Assembly (NCBI GenBank): GCA_013288285.1
Contig: JABDCE010000002.1
Location: forward strand, 2,027-66,026
Length of the DNA: 64,000 bases
Source of the DNA: Bacteroidota bacterium
GTDB lineage: Bacteria; Bacteroidota; Bacteroidia; Chitinophagales; Chitinophagaceae
Direction: 5' to 3'
The position numbers and the translations under genes are program-made. Below are positions 48,995 to 58,988 of this stretch, one piece after another (position 1 is the first letter of the stretch; every line of letters starts with the position of its first letter). Under the pieces are notes generated by a model. That model was given only the letters and a program-made list of their open reading frames with translations, had not been told where the DNA came from and did not search any database.

Positions 48995-51900
48995 TTACTT
49001 CTTTGCGTTTTGGTCATTAGTATTCTTCGCTCCATCCTCACTACCTTGCTTACCCTGGTCACGCGATTTCTCAATCTCATACTCCAGCTCCGGATCTATA
49101 TTCTCCGCTTCCACCTTTTTAGCCTTTTCCATAAGCTCATCGTGGCGGGCGATCAGGTCATCCAGTTTCTTCTTTCCATAAGATACCCTTGTGATGATCA
49201 CAAACAGAACAGGCACTATGAATATAGCCAGCGTAGATGCGGCAAGCATACCACCGAAAACAGTAAACCCTATTGTCCTGCGCGCTACAGCGCCGGCGCC
49301 CGTAGCAAATATCAGCGGCATAACACCCAGTATGAATGCCAGCGAGGTCATGACAATAGGACGTAAACGCAGCTTCACTGCCTCTATCGTCGATGCAAGC
49401 ACTTCTTCACCCCTATCCACTCGCACCTTCGCAAACTCCACGATCAGGATGGCATTCTTCGCCGCCAGCCCTATCAGCGTTATCAGCCCTATCTGCGCAT
49501 ACACGTTGTTGGTAATATGCGGCAGGAAGATGAGCGTAAGTATAGCCCCGAACGCACCTATGGGTACCGCCAGCAGCACAGAGAATGGCACCGACCAGCT
49601 CTCATACAGCGCCGCAAGGAACAGGAATACAAATGTGATAGAGAAGATGAAAATGTAGATAGTGGTCGATCCCGCTTTTATTTCTTCGTAACTCAACCCC
49701 GAATATTCATAAGCATACCCCTGGGGCAAGGTTCTGTCAGCTATCTTTTTCAGGGCATCCAGTGTTTCGGTACTGCTATATCCGTCCGGTGATGCGCCGT
49801 CTATTTCTGCGGAACGGAAGATATTAAAATGCGAGATCAGCGGCGCGGCCTCAGTAGGTTTGTAAGAGATCAGCGTACCCAGCGGCACCATGCCTCCTGC
49901 CTGGTTGCGCACATAATACTTATCCATGTCTGACACCAGCGTCCTGAAAGACGTATCTGCCTGTATCACCACATGGAATGTACGGTTGTAAGTGGTAAAA
50001 TCGTTAATGTACAGGCTACCCATGAATGCCTGTATAGTGGTGAATACATCTGCTATATTCACCCCTAGCTTTTCACATTTATCCCGGTCTACCGTAAGAT
50101 TATAGTTAGGAGTATGCGCCGAATAAAAGCTATACGCACCGGATATCGCAGGGTCTTTATTGGCATCGCTCACAAATTTCTTTACCACGTCTTCAAACGC
50201 ATGCACATCGTCAGTTGTATTACGTTGCTCTATCTGGAAGTTAAAACCAACTGTAGCGCCCACGCCGGGTATAGGCGAAGGCTGTATCACCTGCACATTG
50301 GCATTTTTGATCCCCGTCTCCGCGATCCGTTTTTGCATTTCACCTACAATGCCCGGTACCCGCTCACTGTTTTTGCCACGCTCATCCCATGGTTTCAATT
50401 GGCAGTAGATAGTACCGCAGTTAGAGTTGGTCGCATTGGTCACTACGTTCAGCCCCGACAAAGCCGCATAGTGCCCTACGCCGGGAGTCTCCGCTATTAC
50501 CTTCATCAGCCGCTGCATTACCGCCACCGACTGGGCAGTGGAGTAAGCCGGGGGTAACTGAAATGTCACATATAGATTGCCATCGTCTTCAGAAGGAATA
50601 AACCCTGACGACTTGCTCCGGAACAGGAATACGGTAGCCACGCAAATACAGATAAGCAGGATAACAATAAGCCTCGATGCCTTGATGCTCCACTTTACAC
50701 CGTTGGAGTACTTCTCTGTGATCCTGTCAAACCATTTATTGAACTTGTCGAAATACTTGCCTGGCCCTTTCTTTGTCTTATCGTCATTTGTTGGCTTTAA
50801 TAAAAGAGTACACAATGCCGGTGTAAGCGACAGGGCTATAAACGCGGACAACATTACCGATATAGCGATAGTTATAGCGAACTGCTGATACAACCTGCCC
50901 ACTATACCGGGAATAAACCCTACCGGAACAAATACCGCCGCAAGGATCAGCGCTATGGCCACAACAGGGGCAGAGATATCTTTCATGGCCTGGTAGGTCG
51001 CCTCTTTTGCCGACATACCTTTCTCATCTATATAGTGCTGCACCGCCTCCACCACTATGATCGCATCATCCACCACAATACCTATGGCCAGCACAAAACC
51101 AAACATGGTCAGCGTATTGATGGTAAAGCCCAATGGTATGAAGAAGCAGAACGTGCCCAGTATCGAAACCGGGATCGCAAGCACAGGAATAAGTGTAGAC
51201 CTGAAATTCTGCAAAAACAGGAAAACCACAACGGCCACTAACCCAAGTGTCATCAGCAAGGTAATGACCACATCGTGCATAGACACCTTTACCACCGTCA
51301 CTGATTCAAATGGCACACTATATTCTACATCCGCAGGGAAAGACTTCTTTAATGTAGCCAATGCCGTATACACGCCATTAGCTGTCTCCAGCGCATTGCT
51401 GCCCGGCGCCTGGTATATAAGCAGATACGATGCCCGCTTGCCGTCAACAAATGAATTACTCGAAAAAGTGAATTTACCAAGTTCCACCCGCGCTACATCT
51501 TTCAGGTACACCAGCTCGCCGGTAGCAGGAATGGTCTTTAGTATGATATTCTCAAACTCTGACACCTTGCTCAGCCGTCCGTTTACCAGTATACCTAATT
51601 CAAATGTCTGTGTATTGAGCTGCGGTGGCACTCCGGCAGAACCTGCCGCTACCTGTACGTTCTGTCCGTTCAGTGCAGTGATCACATCCTGTGGGGTAAG
51701 GCTGTAGTCTGCCATCTTTTCCGGGTTCATCCAGATGCGCATACTGAAATCATCTGTGAAGCGGTTGATGCTGCCCACACCCGGAACACGCAGCAAGGCG
51801 TCCTGTACGAAAATGTTAGTGTAGTTGTCGAGAAAGGTAATGTCGTGCGTGTTCTTGGGTGCATAGATCGCCACCATCATCAGCATACTCGGATTAAGTG

Positions 51901-52294
51901 CGCGCACTGTCAGTCCCAGGCGGCTCACCACAGCAGGTAACAGCGGCGTGGCAATACTTACCCGGTTCTGCACGTCCAGTGTAGCAATATCAATATCAGT
52001 ACCTATTTTAAAGGTCACATTCATTGACATCAATCCATTGTTGGTATTATTGCTTTGCATGTACTCCATGCCCGGCGTACCATTTACCTGCTGCTCCACG
52101 GGCGTAGCTACCGTTTGCTCCACGGTCTGCGCATCAGCTCCGGTAAACTGCCCGTTCACCTGCACTACAGGCGGCGTAATATCCGGGTACTGATCTATCG
52201 GCAGATTGAGTATACAAATAATACCCGTGATCACCAGCACTATGGATATTACGATAGCTGTTACCGGCCTTTTAATAAAGGTATTCGCGATCAT
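48995..52294 (-). CDS. HAE1-family RND efflux transporter (paralog 1)
   Basis: FIKRPV, IVVDDAIIVVE, AKNAILIVEF, RLRPIVMTSLAF. Confidence 0.96.
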   Translation of the reverse strand: MIANTFIKRPVTAIVISIVLVITGIICILNLPIDQYPDITPPVVQVNGQFTGADAQTVEQTVATPVEQQVNGTPGMEYMQSNNTNNGLMSMNVTFKIGTDIDIATLDVQNRVSIATPLLPAVVSRLGLTVRALNPSMLMMVAIYAPKNTHDITFLDNYTNIFVQDALLRVPGVGSINRFTDDFSMRIWMNPEKMADYSLTPQDVITALNGQNVQVAAGSAGVPPQLNTQTFELGILVNGRLSKVSEFENIILKTIPATGELVYLKDVARVELGKFTFSSNSFVDGKRASYLLIYQAPGSNALETANGVYTALATLKKSFPADVEYSVPFESVTVVKVSMHDVVITLLMTLGLVAVVVFLFLQNFRSTLIPVLAIPVSILGTFCFFIPLGFTINTLTMFGFVLAIGIVVDDAIIVVEAVQHYIDEKGMSAKEATYQAMKDISAPVVAIALILAAVFVPVGFIPGIVGRLYQQFAITIAISVMLSAFIALSLTPALCTLLLKPTNDDKTKKGPGKYFDKFNKWFDRITEKYSNGVKWSIKASRLIVILLICICVATVFLFRSKSSGFIPSEDDGNLYVTFQLPPAYSTAQSVAVMQRLMKVIAETPGVGHYAALSGLNVVTNATNSNCGTIYCQLKPWDERGKNSERVPGIVGEMQKRIAETGIKNANVQVIQPSPIPGVGATVGFNFQIEQRNTTDDVHAFEDVVKKFVSDANKDPAISGAYSFYSAHTPNYNLTVDRDKCEKLGVNIADVFTTIQAFMGSLYINDFTTYNRTFHVVIQADTSFRTLVSDMDKYYVRNQAGGMVPLGTLISYKPTEAAPLISHFNIFRSAEIDGASPDGYSSTETLDALKKIADRTLPQGYAYEYSGLSYEEIKAGSTTIYIFIFSITFVFLFLAALYESWSVPFSVLLAVPIGAFGAILTLIFLPHITNNVYAQIGLITLIGLAAKNAILIVEFAKVRVDRGEEVLASTIEAVKLRLRPIVMTSLAFILGVMPLIFATGAGAVARRTIGFTVFGGMLAASTLAIFIVPVLFVIITRVSYGKKKLDDLIARHDELMEKAKKVEAENIDPELEYEIEKSRDQGKQGSEDGAKNTNDQNAKK

Positions 52295-52358
52295 AGTTTA
52301 TTTGTCATCTAAGGAACCCGGAATAAATTCATGTTGCACGCTCATTCACTATAACTGT

Positions 52359-53585
52359 TTATTGCTTCTTTCCTTGATCACCACCCGGTGCGCCTTCACC
52401 TTTCTTACCCGCCTGTCCGCCAGCCTGTTTGTTTGCTGTTGTTATTTTAGAGCCGTCATGCAATGACTGCACCCCGTCAATAACTATCTTATCCCCTTCG
52501 CTTATGCCACTCTTTATGATCACATTAGGCCCTATGGTAGCGCCTTCCTGTACTTTCCTTTGCAATGCTACCACGGTAGGCCCTGCAGGTTGCTTATCAT
52601 GGTTCTCTTTCTTCCCGGTAGAGTCAGCGATCACTGTATCCCGGGCCACGTAAACAAAGAACTCACCCATTTGTTCCACGATCGCCTTGTTAGGTATCAG
52701 CATCTGTGGCGTTGAATCCTGGTTACGTACACGCACCACGCAGCTCATACCCGACCGTAATGTGTATTGCGGATTCGGAAATACAAGCCTCACTCGTATA
52801 GAACCTGTCTGAGAATTGACAGCACGGTCTATCACAGATATTTGTCCCGTATTGGTATAGAATGAATTGTCCGGCATTAAAAGCGTGAACAGCGAGTCAA
52901 ATGATTTGTATTTGCTACCCTCCAGCTTTTCGAAATGTGGCAGTTCCTTTTCATTGATCAGGAAGTCTACTGCCATCGGGTCATCAGTGGATATAGTATT
53001 GAGTATCGTCTGGCCTACGGTCATATAATCACCCAGCTTCACCTGGCTGAAACCAATGGTTCCGTCAAACGGCGCGGTAATAATAGAATAGGTCAGATTT
53101 GTGCGCGCATTCTTTACCGCCTCTTCTGCTGCCTTATAAGAGTTTTGCGAATTCTCCAGCGTTATAATAGCATGGTCATAAAGTTGCTTGGCCACTGCTT
53201 TCTGGCTGTTCAGATAAGAATACCTGTCTGCGTCCTGCTGCGACTGTTTCAGGGTACCTTCTGCCACTTTAAGGTTGGCCAATGCCTGGTTATAGTTACC
53301 CTCATACAGGCGTTTATCAATCTCATACAACTTCTGCCCCTTCTTTACATGACTGCCTTCTTTGAAATAGATACCCGTGATATAGCCTTGCACTTCCGCC
53401 AGCAGGTTCACCTGGCTCAATGCTGCCGTGGTAGAAGAATACCGGTCATAGTACACCACTGGTACTGCTTTTACCGTAAACAGGTTCACAGGCACTGGGC
53501 CGGGCGGTGGTGGCGTCTTGGGGCCGTCGCACGAAAGGAAAAGTACAGTGCTAATAAGAAACACGCTCAGTAATGACCTGTACAT
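52359..53585 (-). CDS. RND periplasmic adaptor (MFP) lipoprotein
   Basis: Lipobox FLSC; FKEGSHVKKGQKLYEID, ITAPFDGTIG, VNSQTGSIRVR. Confidence 0.95.
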   Translation of the reverse strand: MYRSLLSVFLISTVLFLSCDGPKTPPPPGPVPVNLFTVKAVPVVYYDRYSSTTAALSQVNLLAEVQGYITGIYFKEGSHVKKGQKLYEIDKRLYEGNYNQALANLKVAEGTLKQSQQDADRYSYLNSQKAVAKQLYDHAIITLENSQNSYKAAEEAVKNARTNLTYSIITAPFDGTIGFSQVKLGDYMTVGQTILNTISTDDPMAVDFLINEKELPHFEKLEGSKYKSFDSLFTLLMPDNSFYTNTGQISVIDRAVNSQTGSIRVRLVFPNPQYTLRSGMSCVVRVRNQDSTPQMLIPNKAIVEQMGEFFVYVARDTVIADSTGKKENHDKQPAGPTVVALQRKVQEGATIGPNVIIKSGISEGDKIVIDGVQSLHDGSKITTANKQAGGQAGKKGEGAPGGDQGKKQ

Positions 53586-53599
53586 AAAGAGTTATTTTT

Positions 53600-55003
53600 T
53601 TAGTTCGTTAATGTGTTATATGAAATATTCCCTGCCGCTTTTTCCAGGTCTATCTTGCTCGATAACAATTGGAACAGGGCATTTGTATAGCCTACCTCCG
53701 CAGCTATCAGGTTAGACTCTGCTACGATCATGTTCAGGTAAGCCACTATGCCCTGCTTGTATTGCAGCGATACGATCCTGTATACGTTTTTCGCCAGCCG
53801 CTCATTGTCTTTTAGTATCTGCCAGTTATACAAATTACTTTTATAGTTGGCCATGGCTGTAGTGAACTCCGTGTTTATCTCAGACTTCAGGCTTACCTCT
53901 GCCCAGTTCACAATATCTTCCTGCAGCCGCGACCTGTGCACATTTTCCACCCTCGAAAAACCGGTAAACAAAGGCATGTTCAGCGATATGCCTATATATG
54001 AGTAAGGGTATGCGTTGGAAAAAAGATTAGAGAATGTATTGCTTTCGTATTCGTAATAATAGTTGTAAAACCCGGATACTGTCGGCAGAAAAGCCAGCCG
54101 GTAATAGTTGGTCTGTTCCCGTTGCAGCTTCCTGGCTGTTTGCAATTGCTGATATTCTATACGCTTTTCATATTGCATAGGCTGCATGGTATCGTAGTAT
54201 ATCTCCTGCATCATCTGCAAAGTGTCATAGGCTACATTGAATTGCTTTTCCGGAGGGTACCCCATCAGTTGTTTCAGCACAGCATATTGCGGCGTTACAT
54301 TCTCTACCTGTTGTTTCAGTTGCGCCACAGAATTATTAAGCGTTATAATAGCCTCGTCATAATCAGTTTCATCCACTATACCCCCCACAAACTGATGATA
54401 AGTGTCCATGACATTCCGGTTCAGTCGCGCCGTATCTTCTTTCAGCACGCCTATCTGTTCCAGAGTCAGCAACAGGCTGTAAAACGATTTACTGATGCTG
54501 GAGACAAGAAATATTTTTGAACTGTCTGTAGCCTGGTCAGCAGCCGCCACATATAGTTTTGCGCTCTTCGCTGCAAAAAGCAACTGCGGATTGAAAATCG
54601 TCTGCGTAGCGCTCAATTCAGGTATCGCCGTATTCACTATTCCGGTACGTGTTTGTATAGGTGGCCCTCCGGGTACGGCTTGGTTGGCCACAAACGAGGT
54701 AGGCAACTGCTCATAATGGATCAGGTTGCCCGATAGGTTAACCTGCGGCAGCCAGCCCGACAAATTGATCGCATTGGTCGTTTTCGCGATAGATATATTG
54801 ATCATTGCCTGGTTCAGCCCTGGCTGGTGCTTCAGCGCATATCCTATGCACTGGTTCAGCGTCAGCGACTCAACAGTGTCATTCCTGTTATTGTTTTGCG
54901 CAGCAGATCGCAGGCTGGTGCTCAGCAAAGCACCAAACAGCAACACAATACAGATCATCTTATCAAACTGTTTCATACAAAAAATATGCATCCGTGTATT
55001 CAT
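53600..55003 (-). CDS. TolC-family outer-membrane efflux protein
   Basis: LTLNQCIGYAL, WLPQVNL, GISLNMPLFTGF, YKQG; heads the MFP-RND operon. Confidence 0.92.
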   Translation of the reverse strand: MNTRMHIFCMKQFDKMICIVLLFGALLSTSLRSAAQNNNRNDTVESLTLNQCIGYALKHQPGLNQAMINISIAKTTNAINLSGWLPQVNLSGNLIHYEQLPTSFVANQAVPGGPPIQTRTGIVNTAIPELSATQTIFNPQLLFAAKSAKLYVAAADQATDSSKIFLVSSISKSFYSLLLTLEQIGVLKEDTARLNRNVMDTYHQFVGGIVDETDYDEAIITLNNSVAQLKQQVENVTPQYAVLKQLMGYPPEKQFNVAYDTLQMMQEIYYDTMQPMQYEKRIEYQQLQTARKLQREQTNYYRLAFLPTVSGFYNYYYEYESNTFSNLFSNAYPYSYIGISLNMPLFTGFSRVENVHRSRLQEDIVNWAEVSLKSEINTEFTTAMANYKSNLYNWQILKDNERLAKNVYRIVSLQYKQGIVAYLNMIVAESNLIAAEVGYTNALFQLLSSKIDLEKAAGNISYNTLTN

Positions 55004-55104
55004 CAGGCTTGCAGATTAGAAAATAAATAGCTTATGGCTGGAGTATTATAGCAATCAGGAGGTAGCAGCATATTGCAGGGAAAGCAATAAGCACCGCAGC
55101 AAAA

Positions 55105-55521
55105 TCATACCAGTATTTTTCGGTGCCGTAGAAAGAGTGGCACACTGGTTACAACGGCTGGTTGTAAATGTAGGTTGTCGCCGGCTCTATGGCGACCATA
55201 CATGAATAAGAGCGCAAATGTCAGAAGCAACGCAGGGGCCAGGAAGAATGTGGTTGGGTCAGTATCTGGAGATACGTGTATAACAGATTGCACCAATGGC
55301 ACTATTTCCCGCTTTTCTCTGTAGCCTGTTTTTAATTTACTTTCTTCGGGCACATAAGCGGTAGTGCTATGCTTCAAATGCTGTAACTCTATGAGCCTTT
55401 TTACAGGACCGCACAAAACAAGCAGCAGCACTGCCATGAAAAACCATGCAGACCTGCTAAACATTGAATATGCTTTGAAGTTACCCCTCATCCGAAACCA
55501 AAAATACAGTAGAAACAACAC
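55105..55521 (-). CDS. Small membrane protein upstream of the efflux operon (start uncertain)
   Basis: Two hydrophobic segments; C-terminus VPLFLRHRKILV; co-oriented with tolC. Confidence 0.5.
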   Translation of the reverse strand: MLFLLYFWFRMRGNFKAYSMFSRSAWFFMAVLLLVLCGPVKRLIELQHLKHSTTAYVPEESKLKTGYREKREIVPLVQSVIHVSPDTDPTTFFLAPALLLTFALLFMYGRHRAGDNLHLQPAVVTSVPLFLRHRKILV

Positions 55522-55632
55522 CTGAAATCATAAATTTTAATATTTTTATTGTCATCTTTTATAACCACTTACTTTTTAATGTATTTGCTAAAAAAACGGA
55601 GCCATTTTATCAATGCACATCGGCACTTCCCA

Positions 55633-55674
55633 TAAATAATAATGGGTCAGCCAAGGCCAACCCATTATTATTTA
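55633..55674 (-). terminator. Intrinsic terminator
   Basis: taaataataatgggt / acccattattattta inverted repeat downstream of the 55693-57021 gene. Confidence 0.7.
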
Positions 55675-55692
55675 AGATTTTTTCAGGACAAA

Positions 55693-57021
55693 TTACTGCA
55701 ACAATACCCTCGATACATATATCCCCTGCGTTGTCCTTGCAGTCAGGAAATAAATACCTACCGGACGGTAAATAGTAACTTCTGTTTCCTTATTGGTCAT
55801 TGTAGTGAATTCCTTTATTGTTTCACCCACCATATTCGTGATCACTACGTCTGCCTGTGTATTTTCATCAGACTGCAGGTTAACAGTGAACGAACCGCTG
55901 TTAGGGTTAGGGAATACTTTCAATTCCGTACCAATAGCCGTAGTCGGATTTACAGCAGAAACACAAGTACCACCCAGTGGCTTAACAGTGACTGTATGAG
56001 TAACAGTACCTGTTCCGCAAGCGTTGGTAACTGTATAAGATATAGTAGTACTGCCTGCTGTAACACCACTGATCACTCCGTTGGTTCCCGCCGTGGCAAC
56101 ACCAGTTGCTGAGCTCGACCATACACCGCCGGCTACTGCATCTGATAATATAATGTGCGTAGTAGTGCATACCACTGTAGGGCCTGTTATAGCCGTTGGT
56201 GTACCTGTAGTCACAGTTACTGTTGTAGATGCTGATCCGGTTGTTCCATCATTATAGCTGATAATTGCCGTACCCGCGCTTACCCCGGTTACTACGCCAG
56301 TGGAAGCCACAGTAGCTACCGAACTATTAAGACTGCTCCAGGTACCACCTGTAGTAGCATCGGTCAAAGCAGTTGTTGCACCCGTGCAAACAGTCATAGT
56401 ACCGGTGATAGCAGGAAAACCAGTGGATTCATGTATAACCAGAGAAGTATTGTTCCAGAGATCGGTTGGACCTGCCAAACCATCGCCATTCACTGCATTG
56501 AGTGTTGCAAACGCCTTTACATCACCTGTACCTGCAACCGGCGCTATCCATGGTATATCAACAGTATATGTACTGCCGGTTCCACTCGCGACAAATGGTG
56601 CGCCATGCTCTGAAATCTTTATTCCGGCATACGTACCAACATGCGATACGCCTATACCGGCGCTCAATGTACCCTCGTTAACCGTAGTGCTGCCACTCTT
56701 CATAACAGCAAGCTGGAACCCGAATTTCGGCAACGAAGTACCTCCGGTGTTATTGCCTGTAATTCTGAGTTTGTACGCAGTGCCGCCCACATAATTGGTA
56801 ATTAACACAGTACCCGTAGCGGCATCATAAAGCTGTATAGTAACTGTTATTGACGGAGATGCAACTGTACTATGGCAGAGACCGCTGCCGCAGCCCACTG
56901 CAGCTCCGCTGGCGCCGGTGCAATCCAATCCACTGGCAAAGCCGGGGCCGGTAGAATTACTTGACAAAACTGTGTAGCACAACAAGCCAACCAGCGGCAA
57001 GAGGATAAATGTCTTTTTCAT
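55693..57021 (-). CDS. T9SS-secreted protein: Reeler-like (choice-of-anchor V-like) domain, two Ig-like repeats, type A CTD
   Basis: SNSTGP..TGA..CGSGLCH; FGFQL; WIAPVAGTGDV..NAVNGDG..D; VFPNPNSG..GIYFL. Confidence 0.85.
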   Translation of the reverse strand: MKKTFILLPLVGLLCYTVLSSNSTGPGFASGLDCTGASGAAVGCGSGLCHSTVASPSITVTIQLYDAATGTVLITNYVGGTAYKLRITGNNTGGTSLPKFGFQLAVMKSGSTTVNEGTLSAGIGVSHVGTYAGIKISEHGAPFVASGTGSTYTVDIPWIAPVAGTGDVKAFATLNAVNGDGLAGPTDLWNNTSLVIHESTGFPAITGTMTVCTGATTALTDATTGGTWSSLNSSVATVASTGVVTGVSAGTAIISYNDGTTGSASTTVTVTTGTPTAITGPTVVCTTTHIILSDAVAGGVWSSSATGVATAGTNGVISGVTAGSTTISYTVTNACGTGTVTHTVTVKPLGGTCVSAVNPTTAIGTELKVFPNPNSGSFTVNLQSDENTQADVVITNMVGETIKEFTTMTNKETEVTIYRPVGIYFLTARTTQGIYVSRVLLQ

Positions 57022-57399
57022 ATTTTATTTTGATTTACTGATTTATGCGGTGAAAAAATGTTTTTAAACGTATGAGGCCGGTAAATGTAGCTACATTGTT
57101 TCCAGCAAATTTAGTGCCGAAAAGCAAACAACCAAAAAATAAAATGATAAACAAGCTTAAATCTTCATTAAATCGGTAGCAAATAACGACAAACCCGAAA
57201 ACCATTGTCTTCAGGCATTCTCCGCATCTTTTAGATGGAAACAGATAGCAGCCACGGGCTCAACTCCGCAGTATTTTTATCAATTGTTTATTCGGCAGGT
57301 TATGGCATCAACTGTCTGTTAATAAACAAAATTTGAACTTAATTATAAGGCGCCGCTTCTCATTCACTCCGGCACTATACTTTCTTCTAAAAACACAAG

Positions 57400-57407
57400 T
57401 ACCTTTG
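57400..57407 (+). promoter_or_regulatory. Bacteroidota sigma-A -7 element 5 nt before the rimM ATG
   Basis: TACCTTTG-cccca-ATG. Confidence 0.7.
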
Positions 57408-57412
57408 CCCCA

Positions 57413-57925
57413 ATGATACGGATAGGAAAAATTGTTGCCACGCATGGTATTGGTGGGTCATTGATATTCACGCATGTTGTTGGCAACTCCAATTGGCTGA
57501 AGAAGGAGCATATACTACATGTAGAAATGCAGAAAGGCAGTTTTATCCCCTACTTCATCGCACAGTGCAAAAGCTCAGGTCCTAAAGAATACCAGATCAA
57601 TATAGAAAATATAGACAGGGTCGAAGACGCTAAAAAACTGGTAACCAAGCATGTCTATGTCGATGAGTCCGTGCTGGCAGACTATGCACGGCAATCCCCG
57701 CTCCTCTGGATAGGGTTTATGGTCACAGACAAGCACAGCGGGCAGTTAGGCCCTATTGATGACGTAATGCAAACCGGCAGCCAGTGGCTGGCCAAGCTCA
57801 CCTACAAAGAAAAGGAAGTATTGATCCCTCTCATTGACGAGACTATCGAGAAACTGGACATTAAATTAAAAACATTGAGCGTAAACCTCCCTGATGGCTT
57901 GCTGGAGGTGTATCTGAATGTATAA
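57413..57925 (+). CDS. rimM: Ribosome maturation factor RimM
   Basis: IGKIVATHG, FIPYFI, EVLIPL, LPDGLLEVY; precedes trmD. Confidence 0.93.
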   Translation: MIRIGKIVATHGIGGSLIFTHVVGNSNWLKKEHILHVEMQKGSFIPYFIAQCKSSGPKEYQINIENIDRVEDAKKLVTKHVYVDESVLADYARQSPLLWIGFMVTDKHSGQLGPIDDVMQTGSQWLAKLTYKEKEVLIPLIDETIEKLDIKLKTLSVNLPDGLLEVYLNV

Positions 57926-57934
57926 TTATACTAA

Positions 57935-58612
57935 ATGAGAATAGACATAATCACCGTTTTACCTGAGCTGCTGGAAAGCCCTTTCAGTCATTCTATTATG
58001 AAGCGGGCACAGGAAAAAGGCCTGCTGGAAGTACTTACCCACAACCTGCGAGACCATACCCCTTATAAACAAGGCCAGGTTGACGATTACCAGTTTGGCG
58101 GTGGCGCGGGCATGGTTATGATGCCGGAACCGCTGGCTATTCTTATAGAATTGTTACAGAAAGACCGCAAATATGATGAGGTGATCTACATGACGCCGGA
58201 TGGCCCGCTATTTAGCCAGAAGGCCGCCAATACCCTGTCCCTGAAAGAAAACATAATGATCATCTGCGGACATTACAAAGGCATTGACGAGCGCATAAGA
58301 GAACACTATGTGACCATGGAAATATCAATAGGCGATTACGTACTGAGTGGTGGCGAACTGGCCGCTGCGGTAGTAGTAGATGCCATTGGCAGGTTGTTAC
58401 CCGGTGTACTGAATGACGAAACCTCTGCCCTCTTCGATTCCTTCCAGGATGGCATGCTGGCCCCACCGGTCTATACCCGCCCCGCTGACTTCCGTGGCTG
58501 GAAAATACCCGATGTACTCCTCTGCGGCGACCCTAAAGTAATATCCGAATGGCGCCATGAACAGTCGCTGAAAAGAACAGAGGAACGCAGGCCGGGATTA
58601 TTGGAAGAATAA
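57935..58612 (+). CDS. trmD: tRNA (guanine37-N1)-methyltransferase
   Basis: [42 protein letters not shown]. Confidence 0.98.
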   Translation: MRIDIITVLPELLESPFSHSIMKRAQEKGLLEVLTHNLRDHTPYKQGQVDDYQFGGGAGMVMMPEPLAILIELLQKDRKYDEVIYMTPDGPLFSQKAANTLSLKENIMIICGHYKGIDERIREHYVTMEISIGDYVLSGGELAAAVVVDAIGRLLPGVLNDETSALFDSFQDGMLAPPVYTRPADFRGWKIPDVLLCGDPKVISEWRHEQSLKRTEERRPGLLEE

Positions 58613-58641
58613 GTCTTTTGCGAAGCCATCACAGCAACTGA

Positions 58642-58669
58642 ATTTTTCATTGAAAAATCTGTAATTTTG
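58642..58669 (+). promoter_or_regulatory. MNT-HEPN promoter -7 element with upstream palindrome
   Basis: atttttca-t-tgaaaaat at 58642-58658; TAATTTTG at 58662-58669; GTG start 4 nt later. Confidence 0.65.
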
Positions 58670-58673
58670 TATT

Positions 58674-58988
58674 GTGATACAAAGGGAGCATATATTACAA
58701 TTAATAAAACAGTCCGTATCAGTTACAGACCCCGGGGCTACACTGATTTTATACGGCTCCTATGCCCGTGGTGATTTCAGGCCCGACTCTGATATAGACG
58801 TCCTTGTGCTCATTGATAAGGATAAAGCGGCAATGGATGACTGGAAAAGAATAACATCTTCATTAAACAAAATCGAATTAGATACAGGAATTATTATCAG
58901 TCCGTTTTTGTCATCTAAAAAGGACTGGGCATCTCATAAAGTAACACCTTTCTACGAAAACGTAAATAGGGAGGGTATAGCTTTATGA
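58674..58988 (+). CDS. Minimal nucleotidyltransferase (MNT) antitoxin-like protein
   Basis: LYGSYARGD...DSDIDVLV (GS-X10-DxD); FYENVNREGI. Confidence 0.92.
   Translation: MIQREHILQLIKQSVSVTDPGATLILYGSYARGDFRPDSDIDVLVLIDKDKAAMDDWKRITSSLNKIELDTGIIISPFLSSKKDWASHKVTPFYENVNREGIAL

Noticed and set aside
45833-52193. Long plus-strand ORFs repeated within both RND genes
   Set aside because: Antisense shadows of conserved paralogous coding sequence.
55625-55652. XerC-arm-like acttcccataa
   Set aside because: No XerD arm follows; the sequence overlaps a terminator hairpin.
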